From Fimbriosthenelais zetlandica (Eukaryota), in NCBI GenBank assembly GCA_977030845.1, contig OZ365112.1, positions 23,560,001 through 23,624,000 of the forward strand: DNA of 64,000 bases, in the 5' to 3' direction. Every line of letters starts with the position of its first letter. Position 1 is the stretch's first letter. The notes beneath the pieces were generated by a model. The model saw only the letters and a list, made by a program, of their open reading frames with translations, made no database searches and was not told the origin of the DNA. The translations under genes and the position numbers were made by a program. Shown piece by piece: positions 12,301 to 24,300 of this stretch.

Positions 12301-15300
12301 TGCCTTGTGAATATAATGGTGTTCAACAGACGTTTTTCTTTTCAAAATCTAATGAAAAATGTAGGCTTTAATATTCATGAGAGTCTCACTAAACTTAATT
12401 TCTTCCTAGTCATCGAGTGTGGAATAATACCTGTACTACCTAACGCTGCACAACCCTGGCCATCAAACCCTATTACTCGTGTTGGCAGTACTTACACTGT
12501 TCCCTGTGTAACAAGCTGTACTACTAATACAGTCACAGTGACCTGCTTACAATCAGGGCAGTGGCAGTTCAGTGGCCAATGTACAGGTTAGACAGCCAAT
12601 TCATGTTTCTACCAAAACAAAAGTTTATTTTCCAGTGGAAGAATTTTAAACGTAAAAACGTATTATTCCACATGTTAGTATTATTAATTTCTTGTTCACA
12701 TACTGGCAACTTAGTCAACCAGTCAACCCTTATGGTGCCCCAAAACAGTTCTCCTTTTGCAAATGAACTTTTTGACATCTACCAGAGATTCATTTAACTT
12801 TGCTTATTCCTAGTTATTGACTGTGGACCAATACCTGTACTACCTAATGCTGCACAACCCTGGCCATCAAACCCACTTACCCGTTGTGGCAGCACTTACA
12901 CTGTTCCCTGTGTAACGGGCTGTGCTACCGATATAGTTACAGTGACCTGCTTACAATCAGGGCAGTGGCAGTTCAGTGGCGAATGTATAGGTTAGGCAGA
13001 CTATGATTTATCACAAAGAAACATTATTGCACAACTTTTTATTTGTTCAGTACACGTGGCAAATTTGGGGGTAAAATTATTTTAAATTATCACCTGACTC
13101 ATTAGCACTGTCATTGGCTATTGAATTATCCATTTTGATCCTCAAGCCGAATAAGGCATGTACATCAACGTCTTCACAATTTAGCAAACGATAGAGAAAC
13201 ACAGTTGATTGTACCTCTAGTTATGGAAAGTGGACCACAAGCAGTATCAAAATGTAGCTGAGAACTGGCTGGCTACCCTGACACACAGTGGGCACTTCCC
13301 CATCAGTTGAATGGCAAATAGGAAATAGACAACAATGCACAAATTAAATTCATAGTTTCACAGTAGGTCTTGCATTGGAATGGCGCTCACTTGTCAGACT
13401 TGTTATGCTATCATCAGATTGGGAAATCGTTCCATGACTTTTAAAAGCTATTTTGAAACATTTTCCTCTAAAACTTTACTTCCACGGAAGGGGATAATAA
13501 TCTATTTGAGAAATATATCTTAAATATTCAATTCCGTACATTTCTGACTGTATTAATCTTTTAAAACTTCCTCCTAGTCATCGAGTGTGGTATAATACCT
13601 GTACTACCTAACGCTGGACAACCCTGGCCATCAAACCCTATTACTCGTGTTGGCAGTACTTACACTGTTCCCTGTGTAACAAGCTGTACTACTAATACAG
13701 TCACAGTGACCTGCTTACAATCAGGGCAGTGGCAGTTCAGTGGCCAATGTACAGGTTAGACAGCCACTTTATGTTTCCACATGAACTTAAGACTTCCCAT
13801 TTAAGATATGAACTCTCTAGTACCCATAAAAGACTCACTTAAATTTACTTATTCCTAGTCATCGACTGTGGACCAATCCCTGTACTACCTAACGCTGCAC
13901 AGCCCTGGCCATCAAACCCACTTACCTGTTGTGGCAGTACTTACACTGTTCCCTGTCTAACAGGATGTTCTACTGATTCAGTCACAGTGACATGTTTAGA
14001 ATCAGGGCAGTGGCAGTTCAATGGTGAATGTAGAGGTCAGGACAGCAATTCCTTTTATACCAAAAACAAAGTTTTCACATTAAGACTTTCATAAAAAAAC
14101 ATTTTTCACATGTTAGCATATTTATATGGACCATGGTCATAATTGCTGCCTGTCCAAATTGATCAGAGATGTCTTGTGAATAGAATAGTGGTGTTCAATA
14201 AACCTTTCTTCTTTTCAAAATTAACTGAAGAATGTAATACTCATGAGAGACTCACTATAGTTAATTTCCTCCTAGTCATCGAGTGTGGAATAATACCTGT
14301 ACTACCTAACGCTGGACAACCCTGGCCATCAAACCCTATTACTCGTGTTGGCAGTACTTACACTGTTCCCTGTGTAACAAGCTGTACTACTAATACAGTT
14401 ACAGTGACCTGCTTACAATCAGGGCAGTGGCAGTTCAGTGACCAATGTACAGGTTAGGCAGCTAATTCATGTTTCCACCGAAACAAATGTTTATCTTCCA
14501 CTGATATCTTTTAACCATTAAATTATTTTACACACGTTAGTATTATTAATAGCAGCATAGATTGTTTAGTGTAATAATTTCTTGCTGTTCCAATTTATAT
14601 GAAATGCCTCCCAACAATTATGGCTTTCAAGAAAATTTTCCCTTGAACAAATGAACTTTATAATACCCGCAAAAGACTAACTTAAATTTACTTCTTCCTA
14701 GTCATCGACTGTGGACCAATACCTGTACTACCTAACGCTGCACAACCCTGGCCATCAAACCCACTTACCCGTTGTGGCAGTACTTACACTGTTCCCTGTC
14801 TAACAGGATGCTCTACTGATTCAGTCGCAGTGACATGTTTAGAATCAGGGCAGTGGCAGTTCAATGGTGAATGTAGAGGTCAGGACAGCAATCATTTTTT
14901 CACCAGAAGCAAAAGTTCCAACACAAAGAGAAAATATATACATATGCTAGCACATTTATACCGCCAGATTATCGATCTAAGAATTTCTATTGGACCAAAT
15001 TGTTCAGAGATGCTTTGTGAATTTTATTATGGTGCTCAGTACATATATTTTTGCAAAGTTTAATGAACCTTGTATTCTCCTGAGAGTCACTGAACTTAAT
15101 TTCCTCCTAGTCATCGAGTGTGGAATAATACCTGTACTACCTAACGCTGGACAACCCTGGCCATCAAACCCTATTACTCGTGTTGGCAGTACTTACACTG
15201 TTCCCTGTGTAACAAGCTGTACTACTAATACAGTCACAGTGACCTGCTTACAATCAGGGCAGTGGCAGTTCAGTGGCCAATGTACAGGTTAGACAGCCAA

Positions 15301-18300
15301 TTCATGTTTTCCACATAAACTTACGTTTATTATCCACTGAAAAATATATTAAAAGAAGCATAGATTGTTTAGTGTAATAATTTTTGTTTATTGCAATTCT
15401 GCAGATATGCCTCCTAAACATTATGACTTTCAGGAAAAATTCTCCTTTTAAGAAATGAACTTTGTTGTACCCACAAAAGACTCACCTAAATCTACTTATT
15501 CCTAGTTATTGACTGTGGACCAATACCTGTACTACCTAACGCTGCACAGCCCTGGCCATCAAACCCACTTACCCGTTGTGGCGGTACTTACACTGTTCCC
15601 TGTCTAACAGGATGCTCTACTGATTCAGTCACAGTAACATGTTTAGAATCAGGACAGTGGCAGTTCAGTGGTGAATGTAGAGGTCAGGACAGCTATGCAT
15701 TTTTCACCAAAACAAAATTTCCTCACTAAGACTTTCATACAAAATATTTTCACATGTTAGCATTTTTATAAAGACAGGTCTTCCATAAACAATTATTCTT
15801 TTCAAAATTGAATGAACAATGTATTATTCATGAGAGACTCACTAACCTTAATTTCCTCCTAGTCATCGAGTGTGGAATAATACCTGTACTACCTAACGCT
15901 GGACAACCCTGGCCATCAAACCCTATTACTCGTGTTGGCAGTACTTACACTGTTCCCTGTGTAACAAGCTGTACTACTAATACAGTCACAGTGACCTGCT
16001 TACAATCAGGGCAGTGGCAGTTCAGTGACCAATGTACAGGTTAGGCAGCTAATTCATGTTTCCACCGAAACAAATGTTTATCTTTCACTGATATCTTTTA
16101 ACCATTAAATTATTTTACACACGTTAGTATTATTAATAGCAGCATAGATTGTTTAGTGTAATAATTTCTTGCTGTTCCAATTTATATGAAATGCCTCCCA
16201 ACAATTATGGCTTTCAAGAAAATTTTCCCTTGCACAAATGAACTTTATAATACCCGCAAAAGACTAACTTAAATTTACTTCTTCCTAGTCATCGACTGTG
16301 GACCAATACCTGTACTACCTAACGCTGCACAGCCCTGGCCATCAAACCCACTTACCTGTTGTGGCAGTACTTACACTGTTCCCTGTCTAACAGGATGCTC
16401 TACTGATTCAGTCACAGTGACATGTTTAGAATCAGGACAGTGGCAGTTCAATGGTGAATGTAGAGGTCAGGACAGCAATCATTTTTCACCAAAAACAATA
16501 TTTCCCCACTAAGACTTTCATACAATATATTTTCACATGTTAGCATTTTTATACAGACACGTCTTCCATAAACATTTATTCTTTTCAAAATTGAATGAAC
16601 AATGTATTATTCATGAGAGACTCACTAACCTTAATTTCCTCCTAGTCATCGAGTGTGGAATAATACCTGTACTACCTAACGCTGGACAACCCTGGCCATC
16701 AAACCCTATTACTCGTGTTGGCAGTACTTACACTGTTCCCTGTGTAACAAGCTGTACTACTAATACAGTCACAGTGACCTGCTTACAATCAGGGCAGTGG
16801 CAGTTCAGTGGTCAATGTACAGGTTAGATGCCAATTCATGTTTCCACCAAAACTAAAGTGTATTTTCGACTGGAAGACTTAAACATTAAGCATTTCACAT
16901 GTTAGTAAATGTTCTGATTGTAATAATTTCTTACTCGTATTCTGGTGAAAGGCCAGTCAACTATTATGGTGCTTAAAAATCATTATTCCTTTTGCAAATG
17001 AACTTTGTGGTACTCACTTAACATTGCTTCCTCTTAGTCATCGACTGTGGACAAATACCTGTACTACCTAACGCTGCACAACCCTGGCCATCAAACCCAC
17101 TTACCCGTTGTGGCAGTACTTACACTGTTCCCTGTGTAACGGGCTGTGCTACCGATATAGTTACAGTGACCTGCTTACAATCAGGGCAGTGGCAGTTCAG
17201 TGGCGAATGTATAGGTTAGGCAGACTTTAATTTCTCCCAAAGAAACATTATTGCACAACGTTTCACTTGTTCATTTTGTGCGGCAAATTTTGGGTGAATC
17301 ATTTCTGGTTATTATCAATTGTCACCTTACTTATTAGCACTGCCATTCTCTATTGAATTATCCATTTTGATCCTCAAGCCCAAGGCATGTACATCCCATC
17401 TTTACAATTGGCAGACAAACACTTATATCATTGTAGAGCTATTACCTCTAGTCATAGAAAGTGGACCACCACCAGTATCAAAATGTAGCTGATAACTGAC
17501 CGAGCTACCCTCACACACCTTTTGTGAGCACTTCCCCATCAGTTGGATGGCAAATAGAAAATAGAAAACAATGCAAAAATGGAATTCACAGCTTCACAGT
17601 AGATCTTACATTGGAATGGCGCTAGTTTGTCACACTTTATATGCTATCATCCGATTGAGAAATCTATCCATAACATTTAAGAACTATTTAGAAACATGTT
17701 CCTCTGTCTAAAATCAATCAAGTAATAGATATAGTTTATTCCTATCCATCAAAATTGTTAAATGTCTAACATTCCTTCTATGGAAGATGATGAAAATCTA
17801 CCTGAGTGTTGAAATGCACCTTACATATTCAACTCCACACATTTCTGACTTTATACACGTTTTAAAACTTCCTCCTAGTCATCGAGTGTGGAATAATACC
17901 TGTACTACCTAACGCTGGACAACCCTGGCCATCAAACCCTATTACTCGTGTTGGCAGTACTTACACTGTTCCCTGTGTAACAAGCTGTACTACTAATACA
18001 GTCACAGTGACCTGCTTACAATCAGGACAGTGGCAGTTCAGTGGCCAATGTACAGGTTAGACAGCCAATTCATGTCTTCCACATAAACTTACGTTTATTA
18101 TCCACTGAAGAATTTTAACCTTTTAAATATGTTAGTATATTATAAGCAGCATAGATTGTTTAGTGTAATAATTTTTGTCTGTTGACATTCTGCAGATATG
18201 CCTCCTAAACATTATGACTTTCAGGAAAAATTCTCCTTTTAACAAATGAACTTTGTAGTACCCACAATAGACTCACCTAAATCTACTTATTCCTAGTTAT

Positions 18301-21300
18301 TGACTGTGGACCAATACCTGTACTACCTAACGCTGCACAACCCTGGCCATCAAACCCACGTACCTGTTGTGGCAGTACTTACACTGTTCCCTGTCTAACA
18401 GGATGTTCTACTGATTCAGTCACAGTGACATGTTTAGAATCAGGACAGTGGCAGTTCAATGGTGAATGTAGAGGTCAGGACAGCCATACATTTTCACCAA
18501 AAACAATATTTCCCCACTAAGACTTTCATACAAAATATTTTCACATGTTAGCATTTTTATACAGACACGTCTTCCATAAACATTTATTCTTTTCAAAATT
18601 GAATGAACAATGTATTATTCATGAGAGACTCACTAACCTTAATTTCCTCCTAGTCATCGAGTGTGGAATAATACCTGCACTACCTAACGCTGGACAACCC
18701 TGGCCATCAAACCCTATTACCCGTGTTGGCAGTACTTACACTGTTCCCTGTGTAACAAGCTGTACTACTAATACAGTCACAGTGACCTGCTTACAATCAG
18801 GGCAGTGGCAGTTCAGTGACCAATGTACAGGTTAGACAGCCAATTCATGTTTCCACCAAAACTAAAGTGTGTTTTCGACTGGAAGACTTTAAAAAAAAAA
18901 GCATTTCACATGTTAGTAAATGTTCTGATTGTAATAATTTCTTACTCGTAATCTGGTGAAATGCCAGTCAACTATTATGGTGCTTAAAAATCATTTTTCC
19001 ATTTGCAAATGAACTTTGTGGTATTTACAAGAGACTCACTTAACATTGCTTCCTCTTAGTCATCGACTGTGGACAAATACCTGTACTACCTAACGCTGCA
19101 CAACCCTGGCCATCAAACCCACTTACCCGTTGTGGCAGTACTTACACTGTTCCCTGTGTAACGGGCTGTGCTACCGATATAGTTACAGTGACCTGCTTAC
19201 AATCAGGGCAGTGGCAGTTCAGTGGCGAATGTATAGGTTAGGCAGACTTTAATTTCTCCCAAAGAAACATTATTGCACAACTTTTCACTTGTTCATTTTG
19301 TGCGGCAAAAGTTTGGGTGAATCATTTCTGGTTATTATCAATTGTCACCTTACTTATTAGCACTGCCATTCTCTATTGAATTATCCATTTTGATCCTCAA
19401 GCCCAAGGCATGTACATCCCATCTTTACAATTGGCAGACAAACACTTATATCATTGTAGAGCTATTACCTCTAGTCATAGAAAGTGGACCACCACCAGTA
19501 TCAAAATGTAGCTGATAACTGACCGAGCTACCCTCACACACCTTTTGTGAGCACTTCCCCATCAGTTGGATGGCAAATAGAAAATAGAAAACAATGCAAA
19601 AATGGAATTCACAGCTTCACAGTAGATCTTGCATAGGAATGGCGCTAGTTTGTCACACTTTATATGTGCTATCATCCGATTGAGAAATCTATCCATAACA
19701 TTTAAGAACTATTTAGAAACATTTTCCTCTGACTAAAATCAATCAAGTAATAAATATAGTTATTCCTATCCAAGAAAATTGTTAAATGTCTAACATTCCT
19801 TCTATGGAAGATGATGAAAATCTACCTGAGTGTTGAAATGCACCTTACATATTCAACTCCACACATTTCTGACTTTATTCACGTTTTAAAACTTCCTCCT
19901 AGTCATCGAGTGTGGAATAATACCTGTACTACCTAACGCTGGACAACCCTGGCCATCAAACCCTATTACTCGTGTTGGCAGTACTTACACTGTTCCCTGT
20001 GTAACAAGCTGTACTACTAATACAGTCACAGTGACCTGCTTACAATCAGGGCAGTGGCAGTTCAGTGGCCAATGTACAGGTTAGACAGCCAATTCATGTT
20101 TTCCACATAAACTTACGTTTATTATCCACTGAAGAATTTTAACCTTTTAAATATGTTAGTATATTATAAGCAGCATAGATTGTTTAGTGTAATAATTTGT
20201 GTCTGTTGAAATTCTGCAGATATGCCTCCTAAACATTATGGCTTTCAGGAAAAAGTCTCCTTTTAACAAATGAACTTTGTAGTACCCACAAAAGACTCAC
20301 CTAAATCTACTTATTCCTAGTTATTGACTGTGGACCAATACCTGTACTACCTAACGCTGCACAACCCTGGCCATCAAACCCACTTACCCGTTGTGGCAGT
20401 ACTTACACTGTTCCCTGTCTAACAGGATGCTCTACTGATTCAGTCACAGTGACATGTTTAGAATCAGGGCAGTGGCAGTTCAATGGTGAATGTAGAGGTC
20501 AGGACTGCAATCATTTTTCACCAAAAACAATATTTCCCCACTAAGACTTTCAAACAAAATATTTTCACATGTTAGCATTTTTATACAGACACGTCTTCCA
20601 TAAACATTTATTCTTTTCAAAATTGAATGAACAATGTATTATTCATGAGAGACTCACTAACCTTAATTTCCTCCTAGTCATCGAGTGTGGAATAATACCT
20701 GTACTACCTAACGCTGGACAATCCTGGCCGTCAAACCCTATTACCCGTGTTGGCAGTACTTACACTGTGCCCTGTGTAACAAGCTGTACTACTAATACAG
20801 TCACAGTGACCTGCTTACAATCAGGGCAGTGGCAGTTCAGTGGCCAATGTACAGGTTAGACAGCCAATTCATGTTTCCACCAAAACTAAAGTGTATTTTC
20901 GACTGGAAGACTTTTAAACATTAAGCATTTCACATGTTAGTAAATGTTCTGCTTGTAATAATTTCTTACTCGTAATCTGGTGAAATGCCAGTCAACTATT
21001 ATGGTGCTTAAAAATCATTTTTCCTTTTGCAAATGAACTTTGTGGTATTTACAAGAGACTCACTTAACATTGCTTCCTCTTAGTCATCGACTGTGGACCA
21101 ATACCTGTACTACCTAACGCTGCACAACCCTGGCCATCAAACCCACTTACCCGTTGTGGCAGTACTTACACTGTTCCCTGTGTAACGGGCTGTGCTACTG
21201 ATTCAGTCACAGTGACATGTTTAGAATCAGGACAGTGGCAGTTCAATGGTGAATGTAGAGGTCAGGACAGCAATTCCTTTTGTCACCCAAACCAAAATTT

Positions 21301-24300
21301 AAGACAAATTTCAGCATATTCATACACACAGATTTTCAGCTGTAACACTTCCATCTGTAGAAATAGGTTACAGATGCTTTCTGAATATTTTGGTGCTCGA
21401 AAACATTTGTTTTCCAAAATTTAATAAGCCTTGTATTCACATGAGAATCACTCAAATTAATTTCCTCCTAGTCATCGAGTGTGGAATAATACCTGTACTA
21501 CCTAACGCTGGACAACCCTGGCCATCAAACCCACTTACTCGTGTTGGCAGTACTTACACTGTTCCCTGTGTAACAAGCTGTACTACTAATACAGTCACAG
21601 TGACCTGCTTACAATCAGGGCAGTGGCAGTTCAGTGGCCAATGTACAGGTTAGACAGCCAATTCATGTTTTCACCAAAACTAAAGTTTATTTTCCACTGA
21701 AGACATTTAAACATTTTTTTAAACTATTTTGCACGTGTTAGTATAATTCCAGCATAGATTTGTGATTGTAATAACCTCTTCAATATCTGCAGATTTGTCT
21801 CTCAAAATCATTTCTGGCTTTCAAAATCATTTTTCCTTTTCCACATGAACTTTGGGCTGTCCATAATCGTGAGACTAACTTAAATGTGCTTCTTCCTAGT
21901 CATCGACTGTGGACCAATCCCTGTACTACCTAACGCAGCACAGCTCTGGCCATCAAACCCACTTACCCGTTGTGGCAGTACTTACACTGTTCCCTGTCTA
22001 ACAGGATGCTCTACTGATTCAGTCACAGTGACATGTTTAGAATCAGGGCAGTGGCAGTTCAATGGCGAATGCAGAGGTCAGGCCATATTCATAATGTGTA
22101 GGAAAATCACCTAAAGTTTCATTTATTCACCAAGGAATTTAGTTCCACTAGAAAGGTTGCAAAAAAACATTATGTTCACGTTTATTGGACTCATTTGTCA
22201 TTATATGTTTTGATCATCTGTACCTTCAGTGCACTTTGTGTATACCCGATAAATGACTTCTGTCGTAATTAAGTTTGCTTACTTTTGTTATCAATGTGCG
22301 TTTATTTGCCTCATAACCATTTGCCTCCTAACCATTAGAAAAAGCGTGGATTTTCTTTATCACAGACATTTGTTTTGTTCATAATCCTGAAGGATGCCTC
22401 ATTTATGGTGGTACTTATAAACACATACCTGTCTAGAACCATACTAGAAATAATTATCATATTGTGACTTTGTTCCCCACAGTCACCGACTGTGGACCAA
22501 TACCTGACCTACCCAATGCTGCACGACCCTGGCCACCAAACCCCAATACCCGACCTGGCAGCACTTACACTGTTCCCTGTGTGGAGGGATGTACTCTTAC
22601 TTCAGTCACAGTTACCTGCTTAGAAACATTCGAATGGCAATTTTCCGGCAGATGCACAGGTCAGGAAGGCATCCTCTTCCGGCTATTTCTTTTCGGAATC
22701 AATATTTGCAATATAATATTATTGGTTATGGGTATATTTCATTCAGTCCTTTCTTGTTGGACCCTTGAATCCTCTTTCTTGATATTTTATTCTCCCCAAT
22801 TATATTGTCCTATGGGATTATCCTTGATAGTTAGGTCATATTGTCTGTAGCTGTGTGAAGGGATATTCCCCTTGTTGTGTTATGTAACAATGCTTAAGCC
22901 TATGGTTAATTAGGATTATATTGAATGAGATTGATTACTTCTAGTCATGGACTGTGGACCACTACCAACTGTACCAAATGTAGCAGACAACTGGCCTGTC
23001 AATCCTGACACACAGTTTGGGAGCACATACACAGTTCGCTGTCTGTCTGGGTTCTCACCATCCACCATCACAGCAACTTGTTTTTTAACTGGATGGCAAA
23101 TAGACAACCAGTGTTCACGCACAGGTCAGAAGTTGAAAACTTCACATATTTTGTTTTGTATAATATCCTTTAGCTGAGTTTTTTTCTGTAAAATCATTGA
23201 ATCCATCCTTTGCTTCTAGCTGAAAATGCTTTCTTGTTAAATTGTTTACCAATACAGAGCCATGCTTTCCTTTCTTAAATTTGTCCATGAAGAATATGCT
23301 CTATTTTCACCCCCTGATAGTCATCGACTGTGGGTCAATACCTGTACTACCTAACGCTGGACAACCCTGGCCATCAAACGCTATTACCAGACCTGGCAGT
23401 ACTTACACTGTTCCCTGTATAGAAGGATGTACTGTTGCTTCCGTCACAGTGACCTGCTTAGAAACTGGTCAATGGCAATTTAGTGGCCAGTGCACAGGTC
23501 AGATGGATATCTGATTTCTGTTGTAATGATAATCATTATGATTATTTTAAATATATTTTCATAGAATTGATTTCCTTGATCTGACAGTCTCACATACAGA
23601 GCTTCATTATAATTTCATCCACTCCCTGGACCTCTATGTCTTTTAGTCATGGACTGTGGACCACTACCTAGTGTACCCAATGTAGCAGAAAACTGGCCTT
23701 TCAACCCCGACACACAGTTTGGGAGCACATACACAGTTCGCTGTTTGTCTGGGTTCTCTCCACCCTCCATCACAGCTACTTGTTCAGTAAATGGATGGCA
23801 AATAGACAACCAATGTACACGTAGAGGTCAGAGGTTAAGAATTTCCCCATACTCAGTGTATTGAATGCAGATTATTTCTCTCATGTCATGGAATCTATAT
23901 CTTCTTTGGGTTTATCTACTTTGACAAAAGACGAGTACATTCTGACATTGAGAGAATAAGCGCATTTAATGTGTCGTCCTGCCAGATCCCTTAATGCTTC
24001 AAGTAACCTGTATAGTCTGGAAATAATGGCATCACATTATGTTTTAGTTGCTCCATTTGGAGGTAGTTTATGAAATAGGAACCAATTGAATATTACCAGG
24101 GCTGATGCTAATTTGATTCTATTGTCAAATTCAAATGTTAGACACACTAACAAAGTAGAAAATAGAATAATTCCTCATTCTTACATAGAGTAGCAGAACC
24201 TACCTGTATGAAGGAATACACTCAGTTTATTTAACTAATTGTTCTTCCTCAAATAATTACATTACATCCTGAACTAATGGTTCTACCTCTCATAACTAAA

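Larger units (their letters stand above)
16289..21200. repeat. Higher-order tandem repeat, period about 2.01-2.02 kb (D-E-D'-pseudoB-E)
   Basis: Paralogous exon offsets: 16289>18297 (2008), 16646>18654 (2008), 17038>19060 (2022), 17879>19903, 18297>20321, 18654>20678, 19060>21084 (2024). Introns are near-identical as well. Confidence 0.9.

Noticed and set aside
23960-24020. Possible very old exon fossil (CVVLPD..LNASSN), with paralogues near 26620 and 29290
   Set aside because: Similarity to the exon consensus is too weak to separate from chance by eye.
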